A stretch of 64,000 bases of DNA, from the NCBI GenBank assembly GCA_964270895.1, contig OZ185439.1. One strand, written 5' to 3'. Under the pieces are notes generated by a model. The model saw only the letters and a list, made by a program, of their open reading frames with translations. It did no database searches and had not been told where the DNA came from. The stretch comes from Podarcis filfolensis. Lineage: Eukaryota. The first letter of the stretch is position 1; each line of letters starts with the position of its first letter. This document shows, piece after piece, positions 39,670-52,330 of this stretch. A program made the translations under genes and the position numbers.

Positions 39670-39821
39670 CCAAGTCGGCGTAGTTCCTTTTGCAGAACTG
39701 CCGGCGTCCTCCAAAGCACAAGTCAAAGGGCTGCTCATCAGGGCGTTGCAGTGAATGCCCACCGTCTATGGCAGCAAAGGCATCTTCAGCATAGCGGTAC
39801 GTCACAAAGCCATAGTTATCC
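39670..39821 (-). CDS. PPRC1: PPRC1 exon 13, RRM (DNYGFVTY...FCKRNYADL)
   Basis: 152 nt, phase 2 to 1, RNP1 motif YGFVTY. Confidence 0.97.
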
Positions 39822-39981
39822 CTGCCAGATAGGAAGGGCAAGGAATTATGATTCTACAGCTGGGACCAGCCAGGGGAAAAGCGAAGGGCCAGAATCAAAC
39901 ACCCCATCCTCTTCCCCCCTCTTCCAATTAGCTCCATGTAGCAAAGGAGGTTGCCCAAAGGAAGGCTTGATCCTCTCTTAC

Positions 39982-40103
39982 CCCTGCTCCCGGAAGTGGA
40001 GGGTACATTCCTCAATGATCCCAAACACAGAGAAACGGTGTCGTAGTTCTGAACGAGTCATCCGGCTGGGGATCTTCCCAATGAAGACAACACGCCGTTC
40101 TTC
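39982..40103 (-). CDS. PPRC1: PPRC1 exon 12, RRM start (EERRVVFIGKIP...HFREQG)
   Basis: 122 nt, phase 0 to 2, donor gtaaga. Confidence 0.97.
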
Positions 40104-41275
40104 CTATGCACATAATTGAAGGAGAGAAGGGGCAGAACTCAGCCACAGTTCTATCAAGCAATCATCTTCCTCCTGCTAATCCACTTGCCCCAACAAGAAC
40201 ACTCACCACAAACTCATTTTTAAATACAGTATAGATTCCCCGGCTTACTTGTGCGAACCACTGATGGGGAAGTCATGGTCCTTCAGGATGCTAATAGAAT
40301 ATACTTTCCAGCATCAGTGGGCGCTGCCCATCCAAGAGCAAAAATCTGGAGGGCCACAGGCTTCCAAAACTTGTTCTAACCCTTCCCATGGTGCCTCTGT
40401 GGATCACTAAGAGGAGGGCTACAGCTTCTCTGGAAAGTGCCGGAGAATTTTGGGAAGGCCTCATGTTCACTCTCTATGTGGTGAATGTGTTCATGTGCTC
40501 TGCACATGAACTTCCCCACTGAACAGAAGTCATGAGCTGGTTTAGCTACTATGTAAATACCAACAACTATTACCTTTGTTCATGCAAATCAACTTCTAAT
40601 AGAAAGTGCCCCAGGACCAGGACCTCACTTGGAAGTTTGCCTAAAGGGCTAAGACATTGTCAGGTTTTCCTCAAGGGAAGGGGAAAAGCCCAAGTAGGTG
40701 CACATTCCCAAGGTAACTCAACCATTTGTGTACCATATCCAGGGAAAACCAAATTCGGCAACCAGCATGCTTTTTTGCTAACTGAGTGCATCTGTTTTTA
40801 TTTTTTCCTCTTTTTTTTGCAACTCTTGTTGTGTATTTGCCTATCTCAACAAGAACAAAGACTCTGAAGAACATACCAAGCCTAAACCAGCCACCTCTAT
40901 GCCTTCTGAGATTTCTGCAAGCATGGCCCACATACTGTCAAGGTCATCTCTGCAGCTCAAGAAGTAGTTACTTACTTTTTTTTTTTTTAAGCAATTGCTT
41001 GCTCAAAAACTGCACTTCTGCACTGTATTAGCACTTTGGCAGTGAGGAAAGTTCACTGTCACTTAAACAGGCTAGCCTCTCCTTATCCTTGGATCAATGG
41101 AAAAAGCAGAGCTGCCTGGTTCTGGGGAAAACAGCCTAATAGCATTAGGTTGAAGAAAGTGTATCAATTCCAGAGCAGGAAAGCGACACATGGTCTTACA
41201 ATGACCATGATTAAGGCAGCCCCCTGTGATGTAGCTGCCCTAACTAGAAGACTGGTATGCTGCAGAAATACTCAC

Positions 41276-41342
41276 TATTGCACGGTCTTTGTATCTGTTT
41301 TTCTGCCTTTGGTAACGCTCACGGGAGCTGCTGGAATTGTAT
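41276..41342 (-). CDS. PPRC1: PPRC1 exon 11 (YNSSSSRERYQRQKNRYKDRAI)
   Basis: 67 nt, phase 2 to 0, donor gtgagt. Confidence 0.93.
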
Positions 41343-42117
41343 CTGTATGGTTTAAAAAAAAAAAAAAGAAGTCAAAGCAAAGAAGAGTGAAAAAAGTGAA
41401 ATGGTAGCAGAAAGGTAGGAGCAGCTTGATTCTTCACTTAGGGAGATATAGCCATCATCTCCTGGTTTTAGCTCTTAGAGAAGAATGAGATGTTCCGCGC
41501 TGCAAGCAGCTTCCAAGAGAGGGCGAGGGGAGAGAGAGAGAGAAGTACACACACAGTTGGGGTCCACTCATGTGGCTGGTCAGTATAAAGCTAAACACCC
41601 CACTCGTTGCGAAGGTGGGGGGGGGGGAAGTGCCACACAAAAAAACCTGCAAGCTGTTTATCAGGTGACAACTAACTTGTGAAAGTTGGCGCAGTGGTAA
41701 GAATACAGGCAAGACCTGGAGAACCTAGGCTGCTGTTCAGCTATGAAACTCAATGCAAAAGTCACAGCACACTTTACTACACACGAGGCAAAAAAAACAC
41801 ACCTCTGAGCCCCTTGGAGGAAGGGCAGAATACTAAGGTGCCAAATATGTGGGAAGGGTTCAAGGTTTCAAGAAAGGAGAATGCAAAACTACTTCACAAG
41901 GAAAACCCATATGGTGACTAAAAAAAAGCACAAAAATGTATTTAAAGCATTTCACGTTATTTAATGTGGTGAAACAGAGAGGGAGCCCAAACTCAACATA
42001 AAATATTTGACTTTACTTTCATATTAGAATTGCTGGGGTGGTGGTGGAGAAAGGGGAAGAAGACAGATTATCTATCCCACTGTTCAAGAGAATAAACACA
42101 AGTGCTGCATGTCTCAC

Positions 42118-42255
42118 CTCTTCCTTCTGTGCAGAGAGGGGGAGCAGGAGGATGATCTTGAGATGTAGGAGGAACACGAAGAAGACCGGGACCTGCCCCT
42201 CGACCGACTCCAGGAGCTCCCACAGGAAGAGGAGCTGGAACTTCGAGAATGGTAC
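42118..42255 (-). CDS. PPRC1: PPRC1 exon 10, Ser/Arg-rich
   Basis: 138 nt, phase 2 to 2, YHSRSSSSSSCGSSWSRSRGRSRS... Confidence 0.92.
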
Positions 42256-42960
42256 CTGGAGTGAAGGAGGGAGCCCAGTGAGACCAGCAGCTACACACAC
42301 TGTGTGTCCATGGGAGTGCATGCAAACACTCACAGGAGCTCCCCTGAGTGACCTTCAGCTTGTGCAACCTGCTTGCAATGGAGCTTCAGCATGCCTTCTC
42401 TCCCAAGGAACAAGGGGTTCCCAAGACAGAAAACTTTGTGGCAGAGCAGACTGTGACACCTACTTGCATTTGTAGAGGTCTATCCAAAATATATTGGTCA
42501 AATGTTCACCCTAAAACATGCCCAAGACGCTTTAACACTTGTTCTGTAAGGGACTGGAGCTTAATAATAGGGCATTTGCATTACATGCAGAAGATACCCA
42601 GTGAAATTTCTAGCATCTAAAGTAAAAAGAAATCAGTTAACAGGAGATGGGGAAAGCTACCCTGGAGAGCTACTGTCAAGAATAGACAATGCTGATCTAG
42701 ATGGATGAACAGGAAGCTGCCATACACCAGGTAAGACTATGTTCAAGAAGTAACTTACTGCTAACAGTAGAAGTGCAGGATATGCACAGTGGAGTTAATT
42801 AAGGGCTGCATAGCCATTTCTATCTCACTACAAGAAATACCAGAAGTATGGCAGATGTTCAGGCCACTGTATTCCACCACAAATCGGGACGAAGGTTAAT
42901 TTCTGTGCTTGGTTTGCATTGTGCAAGTTAAGGCTTCATATCCATCAACAGGTCTTAATA

Positions 42961-43235
42961 CAGTGGTACCTCGGGTTACAGACGCTTCAGGTTACGCGTC
43001 TTAGGGTTGCGCACCGCACCGAACCCAGAAGTACTGGAACAGGTTACTTCCGGGTTTTGGTGCTCGTGCATGTGCAGAACCACTCATAAAATGTCTAATA
43101 AAAACACTTTGCGCATGCGCAGAAGCGCCAAATCGCGACCCACGCGTGCACAGACGCAGCACTGCGGGTTGTGAACACTGCGGGTTGTGAACGTGCCTCC
43201 CGCACTGATCACATTTGCAACCCGAGGTTCTCCTG
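42961..43235 (+). mobile_element. Tigger-like MITE family A in a PPRC1 intron
   Basis: TA-CAGTGGTACCTCGGGTT ... AACCCGAGGTTCTCCTG-TA. Confidence 0.88.
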
Positions 43236-43995
43236 TAATGCACCTGATCAAAATTTCTCCAGAGAGAGGCAATTAAGGAGAGAGTGCAACTTGCGCATCC
43301 GTTAGCCATGGACTACTGCCACCTATGCCACTGTGTGGCTAACCTTCCACTCCAAGGGTCCTGAACACTGGGTTTTTGGAAATAATTGAAATCTTAGGCC
43401 TTAATCATCATCAGCATCCATGTGCATTCCATAGTACCATCGAGTGAATAGACCAGCTGAGGGCTGGATATTGGCAGCTGCCTCAGGTAGCACAAGATGT
43501 CACTAGAAACAGAACTGATGGAAAGAGAAGCAGAGGTTTAATGAGCCCAGTTGAAAAGGTTCAGCAACCACAGGCTGCCATTCCTAGGATGGGAAGAGTC
43601 CTCATGGTGACTATATATCACATGCAAACTGAATTAGTCTGTGGCCCCTCTGTATAAGGTGCAGAACAAATTTACCAAGAAGGGTATCCAACTAACATGT
43701 CCCAGTAACAAAAGGATTTCCATTTAAGCAAATATGCTCCAGAAGGCTGGCAGAACCTCCAAAAATAAAATTAGGGGCATGGGGAGGCAGGGAGAAAGTC
43801 CTGTTGTGCAAACAGAAATCCCTGCGCTATCGGGATCTTGACTTAGCCCTGCTTTGGATTCAACCCAAAGGGACAGAAAGGGATGCTAGATGCACACTCA
43901 TTAGAGCAGTTTGCAAAGCTATCCTCCAAGTAACAAGATACAAGTTGAGAAGTTTAGTCCAAAAGCTACTCTGGAAGAGAACCAGAATAGGCATG

Positions 43996-44160
43996 TAAAG
44001 ATAAAGGTAAAGGACATCTGGACGGTTATGTCCAGTCAAATTTGACTATGGGGTGTTTTCCAGGTCATGTGACCAGCATGACACTTCTGGCGCAATGCAA
44101 TATCGTGACGGAAGCCAGAGAGTTTACCTTCTCTATTGGTACCTATTTATCTACTTACAC
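43996..44160 (-). mobile_element. Sauria SINE 3' fragment
   Basis: AAAGGTAAAGG tail, CAGGTCATGTGACCAGCATGAC, GGTACCTATTTATCTACTT. Confidence 0.75.
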
Positions 44161-44465
44161 TATACATACATACATAGGCATGTATACTGTAGATAAGAGT
44201 CTAAGACTCGCTAAGCTAGGAAAGGGCCCAGCTATCCACAAGGCGAGCAAAGAGTGCAGTGGGCTTCCTCTTGGGCAACGTAGACTCCATTGCTGCTCAT
44301 GTGCATGCAAAACACCCCAAGCCACCCCACAGCACTCCACACCCATAACTTTCAGCCACTACAGCTGCTGAGGGAAAAGGCACATAAAACTTCTGTGCCA
44401 CGCAAGGGCAATTTGACACTCGGGGTGCCGAGTCTTGGCAAGAGGAAAGAGACTTCATCCCTCAC

Positions 44466-45330
44466 CTTCGCCAGCGCTTCGCTGGGGGAGACCGAGAACG
44501 TGACCGAGAAGAGGACGCAGAGGAGGAGGAAGAGGAGGAGCGGGAGGATGAAGAGTCACTGTTGTCACTGTCTCCATCAGAGCTGGAGCTGAAGGATCGG
44601 CTGGCGCGGGTCCGTCTGGCGCGGGTCCGTCTGCCTCTCCAGGGCCCCTCTGGGGGACTGGCTGACTTCTGCCTGCCCCGGTAGCACCGCAAGGAGCGTT
44701 TGGAAGCCAGCCGCTTCTGCCGAACCTCTTGAGGCTGCTGCAACGTGGGTTCTTCTGCATCCCGGCAGGGGGACGCAGCCGGAGATAGCAGTACGGAGCA
44801 CGGATCATTGCTGCCCGCGGACCTAGGTGTGCTAGTCCGGTGGTCCAGGGGCTCCTTTTGTGAGCTGGTGGGGCTGCTGTCCAACAGCGGTGACTCTGAT
44901 GTGTCAGGGCTCGAGCTGGCTGCAACAGGATTAGAGGCTTTGAGCTGCTCCCGCCCAACATCTCTGGGATTCTGGCAGGCAGCCGCCGTGCCAAGGGAGC
45001 CAGCAGGGTCCAGTCTGACAGCAGCAGGGAGCTGGCTCGCAACAGGGGGCTGATCTGGCACTTCTTTTGCCACGGCTTTGATGGGCTTTATTGTTATGTC
45101 AGAGTTTTGCTTGACGTTCCACCGGGCACCTCCCTTTGGCTGAGCAGCACCAAGCTGACAGTAGTCATGCTCACCAGAGCCGACGTGAACGGGGGCTGCA
45201 GCTTTCCGGTGAGGCTTGCTCAGGGATTTCGTGAGCCTGACGCCTTTGGTGGAGCCAGCCTTACCCAACAGGGAGACGGCCGCCAGGGGTTTCCAGAGCT
45301 GGTGGGGCGGAGTGGCTGGAGGCGTCAGTC
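44466..45330 (-). CDS. PPRC1: PPRC1 exon 9 (LTPPATPPHQLWKP; HCF-1 motif EHDY; RS region)
   Basis: 865 nt, phase 1 to 2; contains ORF 44462-45268. Confidence 0.96.
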
Positions 45331-46303
45331 CTGCAGAGAGACAGAGAGCCCTCAGGAGATGGAAGAGAAACCCATGTGCACAGCACCCCTCCCACCCTCA
45401 AAAAACGTGGTCCAGGCAACTGGCCTTGTTGCCCCTCCTATGGGGGATGTAAAAGTTTTTGCCCCCAGCAATAGCCCAAACCAGCTCAATTTTGCAACTT
45501 TCTCCCAGAAAAAATTAAGAAGTCTCCATCTTCTTGAATAGGGTATGCGGCGGGTAACCTTTTTTTTTTTTTTTGTAGCATTTCCTTCCGGGCAACCTTC
45601 CAGGGACCGTATCCCAGTGTTGGGCAGAGCCAGAGATATAAGTGGGAAGAGCAACTTATGCAACTTTTACCACTGCACAGTGGGCTACTTTCTATTTACA
45701 CACCCTTCTCTGCCCCCCAACTGGAAAAGCAATATACATTTTCAAAGTTTGAGGACACATTACAGCCAGAGCAAAATAGTTTGGGGTGTGAAACACAAGT
45801 CAGTAAGGACTGTTGCCTGGGCGGAGTTCCAAGGGCCACACAGAGAGGACTGAAGGGCCACATTCTGCTTCCCCATGCTGTAAACTCTTCCTATTTTTCC
45901 TAGGTCTTTGAGTGAATTGGTTGACCCCCAGGCAGTTTACCTTTAATGTAAATTTCATGCCTTTGCATTTTGACGGCAATTTATAATTACTCAATTCTTT
46001 TTCTGCTTTTTAGCTTATGTCTTTTCATGTTTATGAAAACGGTGTGTCACAGTTGCCCCATCTACCTTCCCAAAAGAGCACCCTTCCTCAGCATGAACAG
46101 GCCCCTCAGCAAGAGCTCAAAAGAGAATCTCAGGAATGCATTTTTGGGTGCTGAAGAGATGAGGCAAATTAGCTCTGCCCTTAGCACTCACTTCACCTCT
46201 ACCCCACACCACTCCTGGAGAAAGAGCGTGTTGAATTTCCTGGCATTTCAGTCTCAGGGAACATCTCTCAGTACAGAAAGAGCTTAACTCTAAGAGCCTT
46301 CAC

Positions 46304-46371
46304 CTGCAACATTGGTGAGCTCTGGTGCCTGAAGCCGGTCCACCATTTTCTTTTCCTGCTGTGCCTCAGAG
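46304..46371 (-). CDS. PPRC1: PPRC1 exon 8 (SEAQQEKKMVDRLQAPELTNVA)
   Basis: 68 nt, phase 2 to 1. Confidence 0.93.
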
Positions 46372-46637
46372 CTGAAGGGGAGAGAGAGAGAAAGGCCTCT
46401 ATTACACACAGAGTGTCCCACACGATCAGGAATCACCTAGTCAGCACATGGAGCACTGAAACACCGCACGCTTGGTACTCCTTAGCAGGTTATCATGCAA
46501 CTTAGTCCAGGATGTGCGTGCTCTGAAAAGCAGGTCTCTTGCCACCAGTGCCTCCAGAAATGCAGTGCTATTTGTCAACCAAGCGGAAATAATTGTGGGT
46601 GGGAAGATACCTGGTTAGGACCAAGTTCTGTACTCAC

Positions 46638-46698
46638 CCATTGTTCCCCAAAGTCACATTGTCCTTAGATTTTGCCATACTAGGAGCATCCTTTTTGG
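46638..46698 (-). CDS. PPRC1: PPRC1 exon 7 (AKKDAPSMAKSKDNVTLGNNG)
   Basis: 61 nt, phase 1 to 2, strong pyrimidine tract, donor gtgagt. Confidence 0.9.
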
Positions 46699-46824
46699 CT
46701 AAAAAATAAAATAAAGCAAAGCATTATTCACAAGCATTTTTTCTGAGCACAAAACTTGCCTATCTTTTCTGGAGACCTAGGTTGTTTTCAATGAAAAACA
46801 CATTCACGCAAGGCAGTGGGCGCA

Positions 46825-47040
46825 TTTATTTTATTTTTACATTTATATCCCATCTTCCCCTTCCAGCAGCGCTAAGTAGCATACATGGTTCTCCCTTCCC
46901 CCATTTTATCCTCACAATAACCCTGTGAGGTAGGCCAGGCTGGGAGGCAGAAGCTGGCCCAAGGTCACCAGATGAGCCAGTGGGGAATTGAACTCTCATC
47001 TCCCGGCCAATACTCTTAGCCACTGTACCACACTGGCCCT
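46825..47040 (-). mobile_element. Squam3-like SINE
   Basis: Minus-strand head GCCAGTGTGGTACAGTGGCTAAGAG, core GGTGACCTTGGGCCAG, A-rich tail. Confidence 0.8.
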
Positions 47041-47441
47041 CAGATAGCTCTCTTCGTTTCCACAAGAAGTTTGGTGCTTTGTGGAAAGAAAGTGCAAGGA
47101 AGCCTGGGATTGGCTGCCACCTTCATGTGATACACAAGGCAGTCAGGCATGTTTGTGTCAGCTTGCATTTCTTAGTAGAGAAAGTATTGATCTGATATGC
47201 AGAGATCTTTCCTATTCTGATTAATTCAAGAGGGTTCTGGAAGCTTCTCTGTGTGAAAGAAACAAGCAAAAGGTTCACGATGTTTGGGTTATTCCTTCAG
47301 AGAAGGCAGAGTATAGCTGGCTTAAACTGGTTCTGTTATCTCTTTTTTCAAAGTCATGCTGATTGTAATAGGAGGCCAGAAGGAGCCTCGGTTTCACTTT
47401 CTATTTCTATCTCTTTTCCTTCTGATGTGGTGTTCTGTATA

Positions 47442-47693
47442 CAGTCGTACCTTGGTTGTCAAACAGAATCCGTTCCAGAAGTCCATTCGACTTCCAAAAT
47501 GTTCGACAACAAAGGCGCGGCTTCCAATTGGCTGCAGGAACTTCCTGCACGCAATCAGAAGCTGTGGAAGCCACACTGGACTTTCGGCTTCCAAAGAACA
47601 TTTGCAAACTGGAACACTCGCTTCTGGGTTTGCAGTATATTCAGGAGCCAAAACGTACAAGTCACAAGGCGTTCGGGATCCAAGGTATGGCTG
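47442..47693 (+). mobile_element. Tigger-like MITE family B
   Basis: TA-CAGTCGTACCTTGG ... CCAAGGTATGGCTG-TA. Confidence 0.88.
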
Positions 47694-48045
47694 TATAGTG
47701 TTAAGGTTTAGACTTATTAAAGTTGTTGTAACTTTAAGTTAAGTCTGCGGCAACTGGATTTCTTATGGACAGTGCCAGTCCTGAGTGTATTGGATTTGTG
47801 ACCATTATGCTCATTTGCCTTCAGTAGCGGTAAAGCTCTGCTCAATGAGATACAATTGCCTCTGGGAATCCTGCAACATGTTTAAGTTTTTACTCTGCTA
47901 AGTATAGGTTGGAATCTGCTCTGGATCAATATGGAGTAGAATTTCAACGACAGTTTTGGGACAGGCGAAGAAGCTGGAGGAGTGAACAAGCCTGCTGGCA
48001 CACTGGTCAACGCGCTGAGCTGCTTGTCCAAATTTCGCAACCCAC

Positions 48046-48099
48046 CTTCTGTCTTTTCAAATTGCTCTAGCAGGCTGGACAAATCAGAGGCTTCAATTC
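48046..48099 (-). CDS. PPRC1: PPRC1 exon 6 (GIEASDLSSLLEQFEKTE)
   Basis: 54 nt, phase 1 to 1, conserved PGC-1-family peptide. Confidence 0.96.
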
Positions 48100-48721
48100 C
48101 TGAGGGGAAAATGATAATATTAATGCATTGTGTACACTCGTTTGGGCTTCGTAACTTCTCAGAAGAAGCTTCACTGGGCGGCCGGAGAAGCAGGCTCCCC
48201 ACAATTACCGCCTGGCCCTCTTTGCCAGCATCTTCAAAACACTGTCTTATGAGCATGAGAGGGAGAAAGACAGAATATGTAATTACTTAAGCATAAAACA
48301 TAGAATGCAGTTGTTTGGAGCAAAAGAAAAAAAGGGGGGTAAACAGGTTGCGAACACGTGATGAGCTAGAAAGAGGACTGTCCGCAGGCTTTAAAGCAGG
48401 GCTTCCCAAAGGGATTTTGACCTCCTGAAGTGAAGGGGTCAAGAAATACCATGGGGCAGAAATAGGAAAGGAAAATAAGTTTGCAAGATATAGTGCATAA
48501 TTAGGAACTATTAGCCTCCAATAGATATGGCCTTCCTTTTCCATTGAGGAACCTCTAAGAAGGGGATCCCACCATACAGGTCTATGAGCCCACCAAGGGG
48601 ACACCCTGATCTGCACCCCAAGTTCTGTGTCCATCAAAGGACTGCCTGCCATGCCATTCTTGGGCCACAGATGCCATTTAACCCTCTCCTCCCCCCAAAC
48701 CTCAGCAGCACAGCCACTCAC

Positions 48722-51425
48722 CAATTTCATTGATAAAGGCTTGAACAATGTCCTCTTTACAGCTGCGCTGTGCAGTGTTGATGAGTGGTTGGTACTTCCA
48801 AATATGGGTTGTTTTCTTGGAGAGCTGAGCAGTTTCATGCACCTTCTGGGGCACCAATGATGCTGGAGAAGTGGTTGCTGTTGGGGCAGCTTCCTCAGCA
48901 CCCACCTCCATTGCAGTTGGCACTGGCAGCTTTTCTGGCACTGAGGCAGCAGGAAAGGAAGAATGTTCTTCTTGCGACCAGGAAGCAGGAGGCGCCTCTT
49001 TGGCACCTGAAGCTGCAGTGGGTATACTCAAGGTCTTCTCCATATGGTCAGAGAGCACAGGGGCCTTCCCTGAAGGTTGTAGCACAACAGGAAAGGACAG
49101 CTCTTCTATGGGCTTCGGGGCCTCCCTGACTTGCTGGGAAGGAGGTGCAGAATGGGGTTCCCCCAAAGACTGAGGGCTGGAGCCCTTCCTGGCACAATGA
49201 GCCAGTGCCGCTTCCCCTGAAGGCTCAATGACTGATGGAGAAGGCAGCTTCCCCTGAGCTACTTGCCTCCTTGGGTCAGACACTCTTCTGGGGTCAGCTT
49301 TGATGGCAGAAGGGACATGTGCCAGTGGAAGCTGTGTAGGCAGGCTTGGTTTCTCACTGGCTGCCAAGCTTTGCATTCTGAAGTGAGAGGGCTCTGGCAT
49401 CAAGGCTGCATTCTGGGGACCAAGCGCCCCTTCGGAACAAGATGGTGCAGGCAAACTGCCAGCCAGGCACCCCTGATCCCCGTAAGGGATGGGCAACATT
49501 GGATGGGGTACTGGCATGCCCGGCCAGTACGGTGGCTGTGGCGCCCACTCGACAGAGCTGTAAGGGGGGCCTGGGGCTAAAGGTGGCAAAGGAATGGGTG
49601 GGGGAGGCCAGGTCGGAGGGGGCACAGGAGGAACCATGTGGAAGACAGAAGGGCGGGCCTCAGCAGCAGGAAGTGGAGGTGGCAGGCTTTGGTAGGCGGC
49701 TGGCACAGGGGCAAAGGGAGGCCAGGGAGGCACAGCTGGTAGGAAAGCCCCTGAGGCTGGGGGCAGGAAAGGCGGAGGCAGCGTTGGAGGCACCTGAACC
49801 CCAACAGGGGGAAAGGCACAGACTGAGCTGGGCAGTGGGGACGCAGCAGGGAGAGATGTGGTAGGTGGTGGTGGAGGAGGTGGAGGAGGAGGAACAGGGC
49901 TCATACAGCCATGCTGCAACGGAGGAGCCACTCTTGGTGCAGAATTTGGAGCTGGCATGGATAGAGGCGGGGCACTTGCACTGCCAGCTGGGACAGGAGC
50001 AGCGGAGGAGCCAGTGGGCTTCTCAGGGTCCTTTGCCAGACCAGATGAAGCAACTTTGGAAGGCAGCGGTGGGACCAAGCAAGGAAGCTCAGCCAGTTCT
50101 GTGGGGAGTTCAGGAAGGCTGGGCCACTTGCTGGCGCTCTGGTTCTCTGTGCTGCTCCTAGAGCTCCCATCGCGAGGCTGGCGCTGCTGACGGCGCTGCC
50201 TGTATTCGCTCAGGCTGAGAGGCCTGGGCTTGGCTTCCTTCGGGGGGCAGCCAGCATCCTCATTACTGGGAGGCTGCCTTTCAAAGTCTGCAGTACTGCT
50301 GGGGAGCTGCTGGGGAGCTTCTGGGCCAGCCACCTCATTCGCCAGCAGGACAGGCTCACTCGGCGCATCCCCCTCCTTGTGCTCAGCAAACCGCAGTTCC
50401 TTGTTGCATGGCACAAGTGGGGTTTGGGGCTCCAGTTCCTCCATCTCAATGTCCGATCTTTCCACTGTATGGTCTGACCGGCCTGAGAGCAACCTGCCCT
50501 GCTCTTCCCCTCCAGTTTTCTCCATCTCCTTCTCTGGCACAGGGTGGCTTGGCTTAGTCCCAGCCTGCTCTTCAGTACAGACAGGAATCGGCCCACAGCT
50601 TGTGGCCTCTTTGCGCCCCATTCTTTCCTTGTTCGATTTTCTCTTGGTGCACATCTGGTCCTTTGCCAAGGCACTGCGCTTTGCTTTTTTGTGTGCAGCT
50701 GAGCTAGGTTCAAATATATGATCTTGATCGTCCATTGGGTCCTGAGCTTTTGCCCCCGGATGAGCATCTTCTACCCCTTCTACCCTGCCGACATCTTCAG
50801 CCCGCTTGTCCAGGTCAGGCTCTCCGTCCAGGCAGGCAGCCTTGGTGCTGTCATCAGGTGGTAATTTTTCCAGGGCAGGGTCCAGGAGTGCTGTCCCTTC
50901 ATCCACATGGCTAGCTGTGCAGTTGTTCTCAGTTACGTCCTGGATCTCTGTCTCCATTCTCTGCAGGACCACAGGGATCTCCATGCTCTCTCCACTCTCA
51001 GGCACCACCTCCAAAACAAGTGGGCCGGCAAGGAGCTCCTCGGCAAGGGGCCGGTTGTTAGGACTCAGGCACACTGTGAAAGTGGGTATGCAGTAAGGGT
51101 GCATGGACCTCACCAGCTCACTGAGGGAGATGCTCTCTGGGGCAATGACACAGGGACCATCACTTGCAGGTGGGTTCGGTTCCGCCTCCTTCATCGCTGA
51201 TGCTACAAGGGTCTCCTTCACACCTGCCCCCAAACCCTGCCTGCTGCTTGTTGTGGCCGCTTCCTCCTCCTCCTCTTCCTCCCCATCACTGCGCTGCAGC
51301 ACAGGCAGCTCTCGGTCCCTATGCCTAAACAGCACCCGCTTGGTACTGGGCTTCTTTGAAGCAGCTGAGTCGTTGTGACAACTTGGAGGCAGTCCCAAAG
51401 GGAGGCTGGCAGTGCTGGCTTCAAT
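48722..51425 (-). CDS. PPRC1: PPRC1 exon 5, large proline-rich exon
   Basis: 2704 nt open frame with SLSELVRSMHPYC and IVQAFINEIG; ctccag/ATT ... G/gtgagt. Confidence 0.96.
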
Positions 51426-51577
51426 CTGGAGGGGAAGAGAGATTATGTAGTAAAGCTCCTTGCAGGTATTGATGATTTTGGGAGGGGGGAGACGTGATTT
51501 CCGACTCCTTTGCTATCTCACCAAAGGATGCTTAATAAACTCTGACTTGAAAATAGAGAGATCCCCTGCTAGAATTA

Positions 51578-51788
51578 CAGTGGTACCTCGGGTTCCAACG
51601 CTTCAGGTTACAGACTCCGCTAACCCGGAAGCAGTACCTCGGGTTAAGAACTTTACTTCAGGATGAGAACAGAAATTGCGCAGCGGAGGGAGGTCCCAAT
51701 AGCTAAAGTGGTGCCTCGGGTTAAGAACAGCTTCAGGTTAAGAACGAACCTCCGGAACGAATTAAGTTCTTAACCAGAGGTACTACTG
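51578..51788 (+). mobile_element. Composite Tigger-like MITE
   Basis: CAGTGGTACCTCGGGTT left end, the same motif repeated internally, right end AACCAGAGGTACTACTG. Confidence 0.85.
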
Positions 51789-52228
51789 TTTATTAGTCTC
51801 TTAGGGTTGCCAGGTCATCACCCAAGGGGTGCTTTTACTTATTTAAAGCATTTTTAAATGCATTTGCGCCTTTCATAGCTATGTGAAAGACAGCAGCTAA
51901 GCAAGTGGCATTTCTTCCATTTCTGAAGTACTCTGGTTGCAGAGGTTGCCCTTACTCGGTCTTGCTAATTTGGAACTCAGCTCCCCCTCTATGTAGCCCC
52001 CAATCCAGGAGAGGCCATGCCAAAGAGGGCTTCATAAATAACCTTGATATAAGGCACAGATAGGTGCAGGGAAATATTAGTTTAATATTTAATTTCATAT
52101 ATTTTTAATACACTGCTTGATTGTAAGCCTCAAAGCCGTTTGCAAGATAATGTAACAAATGGTAAACCAGAGAGATAAAAACTGGGTTGCCCACTGCACA
52201 ACCCACCTATTTGGTTGGAACATCTCAC

Positions 52229-52330
52229 CTTCTCTGTCACAATGGAGCAAAGTCTAGGCTCCTTTAAGTCCTCTATGGTGTGGAAGTCTTGCTCAGGGGG
52301 TGTCACGGACAAGCTGAGAAACCTCTGAAA
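52229..52330 (-). CDS. PPRC1: PPRC1 exon 4 (FQRFLSLSVTPPEQD...VTEK)
   Basis: 102 nt, phase 0 to 0, ctgtcag/TTT ... AAG/gtgaga. Confidence 0.9.

Noticed and set aside
39559-40119. 186-aa plus-strand ORF
   Set aside because: Antisense shadow of the RRM exons; no independent support
46372-46637. Complementary 7-8-mers and retained CpGs in PPRC1 intron 7 (possible snoRNA or pseudoknot)
   Set aside because: Matches this short are expected by chance in about 250 nt; no H box and only a mismatched C box
44455-51378. Alternative-frame and antisense ORFs (140-195 aa) inside PPRC1 exons 5 and 9
   Set aside because: Expected shadows of GC-rich Pro/Ser coding sequence; no recognisable products
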